64,000 bases of DNA, taken from contig JAKSJE010000002.1 in the NCBI GenBank assembly GCA_024398405.1, forward strand, positions 2,474 through 66,473, given 5' to 3'. Positions within the stretch are counted from its first letter, which is position 1, and every line of letters begins with the position of its first letter. The position numbers were made by a program, and so were the translations under genes. Shown piece by piece: positions 27,164 through 36,737 of the stretch. This DNA is from Bacteroidaceae bacterium (lineage in GTDB: Bacteria; Bacteroidota; Bacteroidia; Bacteroidales; Bacteroidaceae). The notes below the pieces were generated by a model. It worked only from the letters and a program-made list of their open reading frames with translations, was not told the origin of the DNA and did no database searches.

Positions 27164-30100
27164 TTATGGACATATTGTGATGGGTTCGTCATCGTTCCTG
27201 ATGGAGAGCGCCTCGGCGACTGGCCGGCGGACAGAGGTGGTCTGCTGGCTCATGTCGATGGTATATGACTCACCGGCGACGGCATCAATCACGATGCAGT
27301 CCTCATTGACATACTTGCACGCCACTTCCTCGCCTTTGGAGTTGACCACGCGCCGGTCGGCTATGCCCTTGTAGGTGACAGGGCAAGGAAGGGTTAGCAC
27401 AGCCGTGATGGTGGCGACTGTGAGCCTGCCGTTCTCCCATGCCTGATCGACCGTGAAGTTGCCCACTGCCTTCAGGCCCTTGATTTCCCCGTATGGCCAG
27501 ACGGAAGGTACTGCCGGGAGCAGGCGGAGGGTGTCGGTGTGGCTCTGCAACAGCATCTCAGCGATTCCGGAGCACACTCCGAAATTCCCGTCTATCTGGA
27601 AAGGCGAATGGGAGTCGTAGAGGTTGTAGTAAATACCTCCGGCGTACTGGTTGGTACCGTAGGAAGTGGAGTGTTTCAGTGCGTTGTGTATGATGATGTG
27701 CGCATGGTCGCCGTCGAGCGCGCGTGCCCAGAGGTTGGTCTTCCAGCCCATGGACCATCCTGTGGCTTCGTCGCCACGGAGTTTGAGTGAGTTGACCGCC
27801 GGCACGAAATAAGGGCTTGACGGTGAGAGTGTGGACAGAGGATACAGAGCCATCAGGTGTGACAGATGCCGGTGGGAAGCGTCGCCGCTGACATCGTAGG
27901 GTGAGTATTTCCACTCACGGAGCAGTAGGTCGCCTTTCTTGACGCCGTTGCGAGGATTCGTCCATGCGCCGTTGAGCGACGATGCGGTGTATTGCTCCGT
28001 ATGCAGGCCCTGGTCGGTGTCCTGTATGTAGTCGTCGAGTTCAGCCAGTTCCTCGTCAGTGAGTCCGGCAGAGCTCTGCCCGAGGATGTCAACGGACTTG
28101 CGGACATTGGTCAGCAGGTCGTAGATGAGTTGCTGGGCGTGAGCCGTTCCGTCCTCAGTGGCATGGTCGTTCTGCTCCGGGGAATACTCGTCAGGGGCGA
28201 CGAACGTGCCGTCGGGCGAGGACTTGTAGGCTGTGCCGCGGTAGTCCTTGTTGCTGACCTTGGAGTCATATCCGCGGTCACGGATCATTCGCTGCATCCA
28301 GAACTGCGCAGCCGACCACATCGCCGGGAACGCACGCCGCAGGTAGTCCTTGTCGCGGGTGAAGCGGTAGTGGTTGAAGAGGTGAGAGCAATACCATGCG
28401 TTGGCTACGAAGTAGTTGCTTCCCCATGTGCTCATACCTCCGTAGATGTTGCTCTCCGTGAACACCGTCCAGCCCTTCGACACCTTCGCGTAGCTCTTCG
28501 CCACCTTCTGCCAGTTGGCGCTCGCCGCATTGGTGATGATGTAGTTGAGGAACGGCATGTGCATCTCGCTGAGGTTGGTCACCTCTGACGGCCAGTAGTT
28601 CATCTGGACGTTGATATTGGTGTGGATGTCGGAGTTCCACGGTGCGCGGCTGAGGTTGTTCCATATGCCCTGCAGGTTGCTCGGGACGTCAACGCCGCGG
28701 CTTGAGCTGATCTCGAGATAGCGGCCGTAGGAGAAGTAGAGCTGCTCGAGGAAGAGGACGAACGGCTCGGTCCCCTTCACGTTCTTGGACTTGTCGTTGT
28801 AGTAGTCCACGAGTGCGTCCGTAGGCAATGACGTGGGAGCCTCAGCCCCGGCGAGCTGGAGGCTCACGCGCCCCATCAGGCTACGGAAGTCGGCGACATG
28901 CTCGGAGTACACCTCGTCGAAGCCTTTGGCGGCTGTTGACTTGACCAGGTCGAGAACCGCGGTGCGGAGCTCGGCTGCGGTTCCTGATGACCGCGAGGCG
29001 ACGGAGCCGTCGAAGTTGGTACGGCCGGTGAGGTATATGACCACCTCAGACGCGTTGTCAACCACGAGGCCGTCATCGGCCTTCTCGACTGTGGAGCCCT
29101 CGCCGACGGGGACGACCTTCATGCGAGTGTTGTACTCCACGGTGGAGAGGCTCCCGAGGAACGTGGCGTAAGCGTCACCGGTCTTGCTGACAGAATAGGA
29201 CAGCCCGCGGGCGTCAATCTCCTCACCCATCTGGTAACTCACCTTCAGGTGCAGTTTGTCCTTGCCGTCGGCCTTGTAGCGGGCGACTATCATCTGGGCG
29301 GGATACGAGGAGAAGTAGAGACGGGAGTATCTCGTGCCACCGTCAGGGCTTGTGTAGCTCACGCCGGCGGTGGCATTCTCGAGGTCGAGGTAGCGCACAT
29401 AGTCCTTCGCGGACTTTGACTCTGTATAGCCGAACACATCGGAGAGGTCCTCCACGATGACTGAGCCGAAGTTCTTGTACTGCCCGTAGCCTCCCAAGTC
29501 GTTCGGGCCACCGGTCCAGAGGGTCTTCTCGTTGAACTGTATCTCGTCCTTATGGACTCCGCCGAAGAGGCTCGCGCCCAGCTGGCCGTTTCCGATGGGC
29601 AGCGAGTATTCCATCCAGATATTGTTGACACCCGTAAGGGTCGCAGGCCGGTCATACCAAAGGGTCAGCTGGTGCTCCGGACTGAAAGAGGAAGCGCCGG
29701 CAACCTTGAAGTCGGGGTACTCGATGTCAGACGGGTCAATGATGACCACAGGGTTGTTGACGTCGCCCTTGTTCCAAAGGCCGAGTTCCTTGCCGACGCC
29801 CGTACCTCCGAACTGGTTGACGTAGGACTTGGAGTCTGAAGCGCCGAGCCACTTTATCTCCCACGATGTCTTGTAGGAGGAGTTGGTTGACTGTTCCAGT
29901 TTCCATCCGCTCGCATCCTCGGAGACGGAGGTCTGCAGCCGGGAGCCGTTGTAGGTGAGGTACTCACCGTCTTTGTTGCGGATCTGGCAACTGAGAGCGC
30001 TGCCCGAGAAGCACCACAACTGGGCGGCGTCATCGCTGTTGAGCGACACCGTCTGCACGTTGGAGCCCGTGCCGGTCCGCGCGACAGTGAGCTTGCTGTT

Positions 30101-30214
30101 TGAGAACTGGATGACATAAGGGGTAACGCCATCGAACTTAGGTGAGACCTGAGCGTTGATGAAAGCGATGCAAGTCTGCAATGAGAGGATTGCGATCAAT
30201 AGACTACGTTTCAT
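27164..30214 (-). CDS. GH95 alpha-L-fucosidase/alpha-L-galactosidase lacking the T9SS CTD (copy 2)
   Basis: 1,016-aa ORF, identical to copy 1 over the first ~1,000 residues. It diverges at ..RRPVAEALSIRNDDEPITICP* where copy 1 continues into the CTD. Its start overlaps the GT2 stop (ATGA). Confidence 0.85.
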   Translation of the reverse strand: MKRSLLIAILSLQTCIAFINAQVSPKFDGVTPYVIQFSNSKLTVARTGTGSNVQTVSLNSDDAAQLWCFSGSALSCQIRNKDGEYLTYNGSRLQTSVSEDASGWKLEQSTNSSYKTSWEIKWLGASDSKSYVNQFGGTGVGKELGLWNKGDVNNPVVIIDPSDIEYPDFKVAGASSFSPEHQLTLWYDRPATLTGVNNIWMEYSLPIGNGQLGASLFGGVHKDEIQFNEKTLWTGGPNDLGGYGQYKNFGSVIVEDLSDVFGYTESKSAKDYVRYLDLENATAGVSYTSPDGGTRYSRLYFSSYPAQMIVARYKADGKDKLHLKVSYQMGEEIDARGLSYSVSKTGDAYATFLGSLSTVEYNTRMKVVPVGEGSTVEKADDGLVVDNASEVVIYLTGRTNFDGSVASRSSGTAAELRTAVLDLVKSTAAKGFDEVYSEHVADFRSLMGRVSLQLAGAEAPTSLPTDALVDYYNDKSKNVKGTEPFVLFLEQLYFSYGRYLEISSSRGVDVPSNLQGIWNNLSRAPWNSDIHTNINVQMNYWPSEVTNLSEMHMPFLNYIITNAASANWQKVAKSYAKVSKGWTVFTESNIYGGMSTWGSNYFVANAWYCSHLFNHYRFTRDKDYLRRAFPAMWSAAQFWMQRMIRDRGYDSKVSNKDYRGTAYKSSPDGTFVAPDEYSPEQNDHATEDGTAHAQQLIYDLLTNVRKSVDILGQSSAGLTDEELAELDDYIQDTDQGLHTEQYTASSLNGAWTNPRNGVKKGDLLLREWKYSPYDVSGDASHRHLSHLMALYPLSTLSPSSPYFVPAVNSLKLRGDEATGWSMGWKTNLWARALDGDHAHIIIHNALKHSTSYGTNQYAGGIYYNLYDSHSPFQIDGNFGVCSGIAEMLLQSHTDTLRLLPAVPSVWPYGEIKGLKAVGNFTVDQAWENGRLTVATITAVLTLPCPVTYKGIADRRVVNSKGEEVACKYVNEDCIVIDAVAGESYTIDMSQQTTSVRRPVAEALSIRNDDEPITICP

Positions 30215-31248
30215 AATCGTGATTTTGACTGGTTATTACTATGGTTGTTCTTTTTCAGTTTTGTCCTGAGTGTCCAGAAGATTCGTTGCTGGAGCATGAA
30301 GAGCCAGAACCACCTTATAGGTATATATCCGAAACGCATGGACACCCTGAGTGGCAGACGGAAGAACGAGAATGTGTGTAGTACGTACCTGAGTATCCGT
30401 CGTATCTCACGTTGCTGGTCGGCAGTGAATTCACGGTGGTGGAAATGGTGGATGCGGCAGGCTCCTATGTAATTGTACCATGAGCAGAGTTCCAGACGGT
30501 CTGTGTACTTTCCCGGCAGGTTCTCTTTCGCGAGCGTGTTTCGCATGGAGAGATTGGCGAGGATATGGTCGAACGAACGCATCGAGACCTTGACCGTCCC
30601 GGCGGCGGCATGACGGCGGTAGTGATAGACGGCGTCGGACTGTGCCACAAATGGAGAGCGCAGGTAATGGATGCGAGTGGTGTTGTCATCGCTGTAGTAG
30701 CGTGTCGCGGTGTCGTAGGGATAATCGCGAAAGAGTTCCGACCGCGCCATATAGACACCGTGGAGGGTCCAGTCAATGGAGAGGTACATGGCCTCCTTGC
30801 CTGGTATGGGAGACAACAATCTCCCCACGCTGTCCATCATGGGCGAAGGATGCTCCTCCACCACTCCCTCCGGCTCAAAATGACGGAAAAGACGGAACAC
30901 GGAGCACCACACGTCGGGATTGTCGTCCAGGGGGCGGACAGCCTTCGCCAACGAGTCATCATCGAACCAGTCATCACTGTCAAGAAAACAGATATACTCG
31001 CCGTGACAGTAAGTGATGCCGATATTCCGCGAGCAAGCCTGTCCGATGTTCTCGTCATTGCGGATGACTGTCATCCTGTGATCATCAGCCGCATAGCGTA
31101 TCAGGATATCGGGACTTGAGTCGGTGCTGGCGTCATCGACGCAGACCACCTCTATGTCGGTGAGAGTCTGGCGGAGCAGCGAACGGATGCACTCGTCGAG
31201 GTAGCGTTCGGCATTATAGACGGCTACTAAGACCGAGACTTTCGGCAT
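30211..31248 (-). CDS. family 2 glycosyltransferase
   Basis: 345-aa ORF with the GT2 N-terminal signature: VSVLVAVYNAERYLDECIRSLLRQTL..IEVVCVDDASTDSS..FLDSDDW. Confidence 0.85.
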   Translation of the reverse strand: MPKVSVLVAVYNAERYLDECIRSLLRQTLTDIEVVCVDDASTDSSPDILIRYAADDHRMTVIRNDENIGQACSRNIGITYCHGEYICFLDSDDWFDDDSLAKAVRPLDDNPDVWCSVFRLFRHFEPEGVVEEHPSPMMDSVGRLLSPIPGKEAMYLSIDWTLHGVYMARSELFRDYPYDTATRYYSDDNTTRIHYLRSPFVAQSDAVYHYRRHAAAGTVKVSMRSFDHILANLSMRNTLAKENLPGKYTDRLELCSWYNYIGACRIHHFHHREFTADQQREIRRILRYVLHTFSFFRLPLRVSMRFGYIPIRWFWLFMLQQRIFWTLRTKLKKNNHSNNQSKSRL

Positions 31249-32774
31249 ATCTTCTGTTTTAGGGTCTGTATGACGGTTGTCTCACGGTGGAGTATGCGGA
31301 ATGAAATGAAGACGGACATCAGTACACATATCGGTCCTACGCTCCACTTCAGCATCTTCTCGGTAGTGGTTACACCATGCATCACGGCAAGGATGGTGGT
31401 GAGCAGCAAGATGAACTGGATGACATGGAATATCACATGCCGGGTATGGAAACGGAACCTGTATTTCCACGAATAGAGAGAATAGACGAAGATGGCATTG
31501 AGGAATCCGATGACGGACAAAGCTATGCCGCAGCCCATCAGTCCGTAACGGCTATATGACAGAGGTATCAGCACGGCAATGGCAATGTCGTAACAGAGTT
31601 CCACGAACATGTACATCCTGGAGTCGCCTTTGGCAAGGGCAAGATACTCGACAGGTCCGAAGAACGCCTTGAAGAACATGAGCATGGAGGCACAAACTGC
31701 CATAGGTATGGCATTATGATAGCTCTGGGCATAGAGCAGATGTAGGAGATGAGGCATGAGAAGCACAAGGCATACCAGCAGAGGCGCTATGAGGAGTGCG
31801 CATACTTCAATCTGCTGATTTATTATCCTGTTGCTGCGCGTCATATCATGCGCCGCCGCCGAGAGACGCGGGAAGAAATCCACCTCCATGGCCGTGAATA
31901 TGTAGGATGCGTATGAGACCATTATGGTGTATCCGCTGGTATAAAGTCCCACCTCAACTTCACCTTGCTCCAGACTCGGCGCTTGTTCGAGAATGAAATG
32001 ACGTATGACGAACTCTGCACCCTTGCCGAACACTCCGGCAATGACATAGCCGACTCCTAAGATGAGCATCGGTACTCCGGCACTGAAATGCCGGCTTAGA
32101 AACGGGCGGCCTTCACCAATGAGTGATGAGAAAAGACGATAAGGGTAGCGTCGGGTGGAGAAACGCAGCGTCAGCAGCAATATGGCACAGTGATTCAGGA
32201 GCAGAGCCACGGCTATCCCCATGATTCCGAAGATGAAGTAGATAGGTACGGTGATGACAAGGGTCGCAATGGTGCTGAGAACGGAAATCACGGCGACTGT
32301 CTTGAGTTGCTTGGTGCCCTTGAGTATCGCCTGCTCACCGGCAATGACAGTGAGTGTTCCGATGATAGGGGATATGATGAAGACGTTGAGAGGGTCTGTC
32401 CAGGTGACGAACGGAGCTATGGACATGGAGATGAGCATACCCATCAGACCAGCCATGAGGCACCACAACCGGACAGTCTGGATGAAACGACTGATGCGCT
32501 GCTCGTCACCTGTGCCGAAGAGTTCGGAGACGTGCTTGAGGGATGAGAAGCAAAGACCGAGGTCGGTGGAGTGATGGAGCAGTTCGATGAAGTTGGATAG
32601 GAGGCTGATGACACCAGTCCCGACAGGACCGAGAAGCCATGCCGTAAGTTTGTTCCTGGCAATATTGACAAGCATGTTCAGTCCCTGAACACCACCGAAA
32701 AGACCTGTGTACTTTATCACATGGTCATAAGTGGCATCGTCATCAATCTGTCTGTTTACGTTTCCTTTGTTCAT
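31227..32774 (-). CDS. oligosaccharide flippase (Wzx-like polysaccharide biosynthesis protein)
   Basis: 515-aa polytopic membrane protein. The N-terminus (..VIKYTGLFGGVQGLNMLVNIARNKLTAWLLGPVGTGVISL) is typical of flippase-family proteins. It overlaps the GT2 gene by 22 nt. Confidence 0.7.
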   Translation of the reverse strand: MNKGNVNRQIDDDATYDHVIKYTGLFGGVQGLNMLVNIARNKLTAWLLGPVGTGVISLLSNFIELLHHSTDLGLCFSSLKHVSELFGTGDEQRISRFIQTVRLWCLMAGLMGMLISMSIAPFVTWTDPLNVFIISPIIGTLTVIAGEQAILKGTKQLKTVAVISVLSTIATLVITVPIYFIFGIMGIAVALLLNHCAILLLTLRFSTRRYPYRLFSSLIGEGRPFLSRHFSAGVPMLILGVGYVIAGVFGKGAEFVIRHFILEQAPSLEQGEVEVGLYTSGYTIMVSYASYIFTAMEVDFFPRLSAAAHDMTRSNRIINQQIEVCALLIAPLLVCLVLLMPHLLHLLYAQSYHNAIPMAVCASMLMFFKAFFGPVEYLALAKGDSRMYMFVELCYDIAIAVLIPLSYSRYGLMGCGIALSVIGFLNAIFVYSLYSWKYRFRFHTRHVIFHVIQFILLLTTILAVMHGVTTTEKMLKWSVGPICVLMSVFISFRILHRETTVIQTLKQKICRKSRS

Positions 32775-32818
32775 CTGCCCATGTCAGTGCATACAGAATA
32801 AGTGGTGTATGCGACGCG

Positions 32819-32826
32819 CAAAGATA
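32819..32826 (-). promoter_or_regulatory. -7 box (TATCTTTG) for the flippase-GT2-GH95 operon
   Basis: The minus strand matches TAnnTTTG, 45 nt upstream of the ATG at 32774. Confidence 0.45.
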
Positions 32827-32879
32827 CGAAAAATATACATAATACGGAAAATATTCGCTGGTTCTTATTCTTTTTTGTT

Positions 32880-32887
32880 AACTTTGC
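32880..32887 (+). promoter_or_regulatory. -7 box (TAACTTTG) for the dehydrogenase gene
   Basis: Matches TAnnTTTG, 26 nt upstream of the ATG at 32913. Confidence 0.45.
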
Positions 32888-32912
32888 GCATCAAAAGTAA
32901 ATCAGGACAACA

Positions 32913-33866
32913 ATGAGAGTGGCAATTCTCGACGGTTTTTCCGTCACCGCACAGGATCTCAGCTGGGACTCCATCGTCGGACTTGACGAAATCAAAGTGT
33001 ATGACATGACCTCGCCTGAGGATACTCTGCAAAGATGCAAGGGTTTCGACATGATTTTGACCAACAAGGTCGTAATAGATTCCACCATCATGAGCCAACT
33101 GCCAGAACTGAAATACATCGGTGTTCTGGCGACTGGGTACAACGTGGTTGACATAGCATACGCCAGGGAACATGGCATCGTTGTGACGAACATCCCCGCT
33201 TACAGTACCGACAGCGTGGCACAGATGGTATGGTCTCATATCCTGAACATCTTCAACCACGTTGACCACTACGCCCGGCAGAACCGAGAGGGACGTTGGA
33301 CGAGAAGCCCGCTTTTCTGCTACTGGGACGAACCAGTCCACGAACTCGCCGGCAAAACCATCGGCATCGTCGGACTTGGCAACATAGGCATGAAGGTCGC
33401 AAGGATAGCACTTGCATTCGGGCTGAAGGTCATGGCGGTAACATCAAAAAGGCAAGCGGAACTGGAAAACGGCATTGAGAGTGTTGATCTCCACACCCTT
33501 TTGAGGAATTCCGACATCGTCAGCCTTCATTGTCCATTGACAGCAGGCAACAAGGGAATGATCAATAAGGAATCCCTGAGAATAATGAAACAAGGCTCGG
33601 TGTTAATCAACACAGGCAGAGGTGGGCTTGTCGTAGAAAGCGACTTGGCTGAAGCGCTCGACTCTGGCTGGATAGAGGCATATGGAGCAGATGTCCTGAA
33701 TACAGAGCCTCCTACAGCGGAGAGCCCACTTCTGAAAGCAAAGAACTGCTATCTTACCCCCCACATAGCATGGGCATCAGTGGAATCGCGTAAAAGACTG
33801 ATAAGCATATGCGCTGAGAATATCAATGCGTTTATATGCGGCTCACCCATCAATCAGGTGAACTGA
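32913..33866 (+). CDS. D-isomer-specific 2-hydroxyacid dehydrogenase (glycerate dehydrogenase-like)
   Basis: 317-aa ORF with the NAD-binding motif GKTIGIVGLGNIGMKVARIA. The N-terminal and C-terminal regions are typical of the family (..LTPHIAWAS.E.R). Confidence 0.8.
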   Translation: MRVAILDGFSVTAQDLSWDSIVGLDEIKVYDMTSPEDTLQRCKGFDMILTNKVVIDSTIMSQLPELKYIGVLATGYNVVDIAYAREHGIVVTNIPAYSTDSVAQMVWSHILNIFNHVDHYARQNREGRWTRSPLFCYWDEPVHELAGKTIGIVGLGNIGMKVARIALAFGLKVMAVTSKRQAELENGIESVDLHTLLRNSDIVSLHCPLTAGNKGMINKESLRIMKQGSVLINTGRGGLVVESDLAEALDSGWIEAYGADVLNTEPPTAESPLLKAKNCYLTPHIAWASVESRKRLISICAENINAFICGSPINQVN

Positions 33867-35118
33867 CCCGAATACTGCGATAGTATTCCCATAGACTGCG
33901 GATGGAGCGTACATACTGATAGGTCTCCGAACCTCGCATGTAACCGTACTGCACAACCGGGTCGCGGTACGAGTCAGGGGTCATGAGGGAGAGCACCATC
34001 TCATCTACGTTGCCGTTCCATACGTCAGGATTCCGTCCCTTCTTTCTGGCAAGGCGACGTGCATCGTCGATATGCCCCATACCACCGTTATATGCGGCAA
34101 GTACGAAATTGACACGCTGGTTCCGGTCGCTGATATCGGAGTAATGTCTGTCAATGTTACGGATAATGGACACCGCACCTTTTATATTCGATGATGGCGA
34201 GAACAGGTCCTCCGGATTGATTCCATATCCACGGGCAGTCCGGGGCATAATCTGCATTACGCCCCTTGCCCCCGCCCTTGAGACAGCATGAGAGTCAAAA
34301 CCTGACTCCTGATAAGCCTGAGCCGCAAGCAGACGCCAGTCCCAGTCGCACACAACCGAGGAGGTACGGAAATGGTCGTCATATGGCGATATGATTCCTC
34401 TTGTCGGATCCAAGACTGTCGTCATGGCATTGATTCGCGGTGTATAGTGCCTGTCACCTTTCCTCGTCCGGCCGTCGTCTTTCACCTGACGGCTGATTAT
34501 GTGGAACCGCGGCTGGTTCACCGCGAGATATTCAGAGACTGCTTCCGCCAACATCGGCGACTCCGTCCGTACAGCCCAGGCCATCGAGAGGGAGTCTGTG
34601 GCTGGAGGGATGTCGTCAGTGCCTCGTACTTGCCGGTCAGGCAAGGACAGATGGTTGAGGCTGTCAACAAAAGCGGTGATCTCGTCCTCACCACAATACA
34701 GCAGCCGTTCCTTGAGACTGTCCGTGACATGCAGGTTGTAGGCTATCATATCACCCTCACCCGACAGGAACTTGCCGACGAGCTCTATCTCATCATGCAT
34801 GACTTCTACGCGGATTGACGTTCCGATTTTCTCTGCAAAGTTCTCAGCCAACCTGTATTGATAGCCGAAATCCTCACCATGGAAGTCAAAATAGGAATTT
34901 GCCCCATAGAGAGTGAGTATTATCAGTTCACCTCCATTCTGGATATCCTCAAGATCATACGTACGAGCCTCATCATCCTTGTTATTGAATGGATTATGGT
35001 TGTTTGAATTCAAGCACCCACAAAGAGCCAGAAGCGAACAGAGCAAAAAGAACGCCCTGACATGCGACCTAAAATATATACTTGCCAAATTGTACAACTT
35101 ATGAATAAACCAGTGCAA
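33850..35118 (-). CDS. MltF-like lytic transglycosylase lipoprotein (SBP-like N domain + SLT domain)
   Basis: 422-aa ORF with lipobox LLALCGC. The SLT catalytic motif is AQAYQESGFDSHAVSRAGARGVMQIMP. The start codon is uncertain. It overlaps the convergent upstream gene by 17 nt. Confidence 0.75.
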   Translation of the reverse strand: MHWFIHKLYNLASIYFRSHVRAFFLLCSLLALCGCLNSNNHNPFNNKDDEARTYDLEDIQNGGELIILTLYGANSYFDFHGEDFGYQYRLAENFAEKIGTSIRVEVMHDEIELVGKFLSGEGDMIAYNLHVTDSLKERLLYCGEDEITAFVDSLNHLSLPDRQVRGTDDIPPATDSLSMAWAVRTESPMLAEAVSEYLAVNQPRFHIISRQVKDDGRTRKGDRHYTPRINAMTTVLDPTRGIISPYDDHFRTSSVVCDWDWRLLAAQAYQESGFDSHAVSRAGARGVMQIMPRTARGYGINPEDLFSPSSNIKGAVSIIRNIDRHYSDISDRNQRVNFVLAAYNGGMGHIDDARRLARKKGRNPDVWNGNVDEMVLSLMTPDSYRDPVVQYGYMRGSETYQYVRSIRSLWEYYRSIRVSSPD

Positions 35119-35167
35119 AGTTAGGAAAAAAATCCATTCTTTGTTTTGTTGGTATCGAAAAAATGCT

Positions 35168-35175
35168 TAACTTTG
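35168..35175 (+). promoter_or_regulatory. -7 box (TAACTTTG) for galE
   Basis: Matches TAnnTTTG, 40 nt upstream of the ATG at 35215. Confidence 0.45.
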
Positions 35176-35214
35176 CATTCGCACATTCACTTTTACGTAC
35201 AAACTAACCGACAA

Positions 35215-36255
35215 ATGCGTAATACAATATTAGTTACAGGTGGTACGGGGTTCATAGGCTCCCATACCACGGTTGAGCTTCAGGAGGCTGGGTATGATGT
35301 GGTTATTGTTGATAACCTTTCAAATTCAGACGCAAGTGTCATTGACGGAATTGAGAAGATAACAGGCATACGTCCGGCTTTTGAGAAAGTCGATTGTTGT
35401 GACTTCGAAGCGTTGGAGAACGTTTTCAGGAAACACGAGGGAATCAAGGGCATCATACACTTCGCAGCGAGCAAGGCAGTAGGCGAATCAGTACAGAAAC
35501 CGTTGATGTACTACCGCAACAATCTCAACTCACTGATTAACCTGCTTGAACTGATGCCACGTTACGGAGTTGACGGAATCATCTTCTCCTCTTCTTGCAC
35601 AGTTTACGGACAGCCATCGAAGGAGAACCTTCCGGTCACGGAACTGGCTCCCATACAGAAAGCCGAAAGTCCATACGGCAACACTAAGCAGGTGAATGAG
35701 GAGATCATACAGGATTTCGTACATAGCGGCGCACCTATCAAAAGCATAATACTCCGCTATTTCAACCCTATCGGCTCTCACCCGTCAAGTCACATCGGCG
35801 AACTGCCTAATGGCGTGCCTGCCAACCTCATTCCTTATCTCACACAGACCGCCATCGGCATCCGCGAGTGCCTGACGGTGTTCGGAGATGACTATAGCAC
35901 TCCTGACGGGAGTTGCATCAGAGACTTCATATATGTAGTGGATCTCGCAAAGGCTCACGTGGCAGCAATGGCACGCATTCTCGAAGGCAAGTCTGAAGAA
36001 GCAGTCGAGGTGTTCAATGTCGGTACAGGACATGGATACAGCGTACTTGAGCTCATCAACTCATTCGAAAAGGCGACCGGGGTAGAACTCAACTACAAAA
36101 TCGGTCCTCGCAGAGAAGGTGACATAGAGGCTATCTGGGGAAATGTTGACAAGGCAAACAAGGTGCTCGGCTGGAAGGCTGACACACCTTTGGAACAAAT
36201 ACTTCTGTCAGCCTGGAAATGGCAGAAACATCTAAAGGAAACTGGAATACAGTAA
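35215..36255 (+). CDS. galE: UDP-glucose 4-epimerase
   Basis: Corresponds to ORF 35146..36255. I prefer the ATG at 35215, giving MRNTILVTGGTGFIGSHT (Rossmann GxxGxxG). The S..YGNTK catalytic motif (SPYGNTKQ) is present and the length is ~346 aa. Confidence 0.9.
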   Translation: MRNTILVTGGTGFIGSHTTVELQEAGYDVVIVDNLSNSDASVIDGIEKITGIRPAFEKVDCCDFEALENVFRKHEGIKGIIHFAASKAVGESVQKPLMYYRNNLNSLINLLELMPRYGVDGIIFSSSCTVYGQPSKENLPVTELAPIQKAESPYGNTKQVNEEIIQDFVHSGAPIKSIILRYFNPIGSHPSSHIGELPNGVPANLIPYLTQTAIGIRECLTVFGDDYSTPDGSCIRDFIYVVDLAKAHVAAMARILEGKSEEAVEVFNVGTGHGYSVLELINSFEKATGVELNYKIGPRREGDIEAIWGNVDKANKVLGWKADTPLEQILLSAWKWQKHLKETGIQ

Positions 36256-36382
36256 TTCCACACTTCTGCACGGCAGTGTTATTTGCCTGAATATGTGAAT
36301 ACAAAGGCAAATTTGACATTGATATTTTCACTTGCACTGCTATGAATGTGCAGAAAGTCGTGCTTTATTTTGTGTTTGTGTT

Positions 36383-36418
36383 GGCTGTCTCTTGCGTGAG
36401 TAACGGACAGCCTTTTTT
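36383..36418 (+). terminator. rho-independent terminator candidate after galE
   Basis: Stem GGCTGTC / GACAGCC followed by TTTTTT. Confidence 0.55.
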
Positions 36419-36504
36419 GTATCGGTTTCGTTGATATTACCGTCAAAAACACATAGACCACTCACTTTTTCAATACTGAATGTTGACTATTCATTTTTTT
36501 TTTG

Positions 36505-36512
36505 TAATTTTG
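36505..36512 (+). promoter_or_regulatory. -7 box (TAATTTTG) for uxaB, implying a ~230-nt leader
   Basis: Matches TAnnTTTG. It lies 240 nt upstream of the uxaB ATG and just upstream of the structured element. Confidence 0.4.
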
Positions 36513-36538
36513 TGGGTAATCTGACAGAATCCTATAAA

Positions 36539-36737
36539 GGTGGGTTCTAAAAATTCACCGAAGAAATAATAAATTCACAACTATGGGTGATATGGTCCTT
36601 TTCAGCGCTTTTGGCTTTGTTCCGGCAGGTTGCTGCCCTACAGTCAGTCATTATGCCCGCATGATTCCTTCCTTCCGCACAGCAACCTGCTCGGAACAAA
36701 TCTCAAAATCGCAAGAAATGAATTTATAGAACCCACC
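36539..36737 (+). repeat. 199-bp nested inverted-repeat element (MITE-like or structured leader RNA) immediately upstream of uxaB
   Basis: Outer 19-bp arms are GGTGGGTTCTAAAAATTCA (36539-36557) and TGAATTTATAGAACCCACC (36719-36737), with one mismatch. Inner ~20-bp arms are at 36616-36635 and 36680-36700, with one bulge. The loop is 44 nt. Confidence 0.7.

Larger units (their letters stand above)
24057..30313. repeat. tandem direct duplication, unit 3,151 bp (24057-27162 = 27208-30313)
   Basis: The offset of 3,151 was checked at several positions. All six-frame ORFs in the two copies are identical. Mismatches occur only within ~45 bp of the junction (27163-27207). Confidence 0.9.

Noticed and set aside
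24057-30313. The GH95 duplication considered as an assembly artefact
   Set aside because: This cannot be excluded without reads. However, the junction has its own diverged sequence, a distinct truncated C-terminus and a GT2 stub, which a simple repeat mis-assembly would not create. It is reported as real with a stated check.
32865-33341. 158-aa minus-strand ORF overlapping the start of the dehydrogenase gene
   Set aside because: It is antisense to a well-supported 2-hydroxyacid dehydrogenase ORF and spans that gene's promoter, so it is unlikely to be coding.
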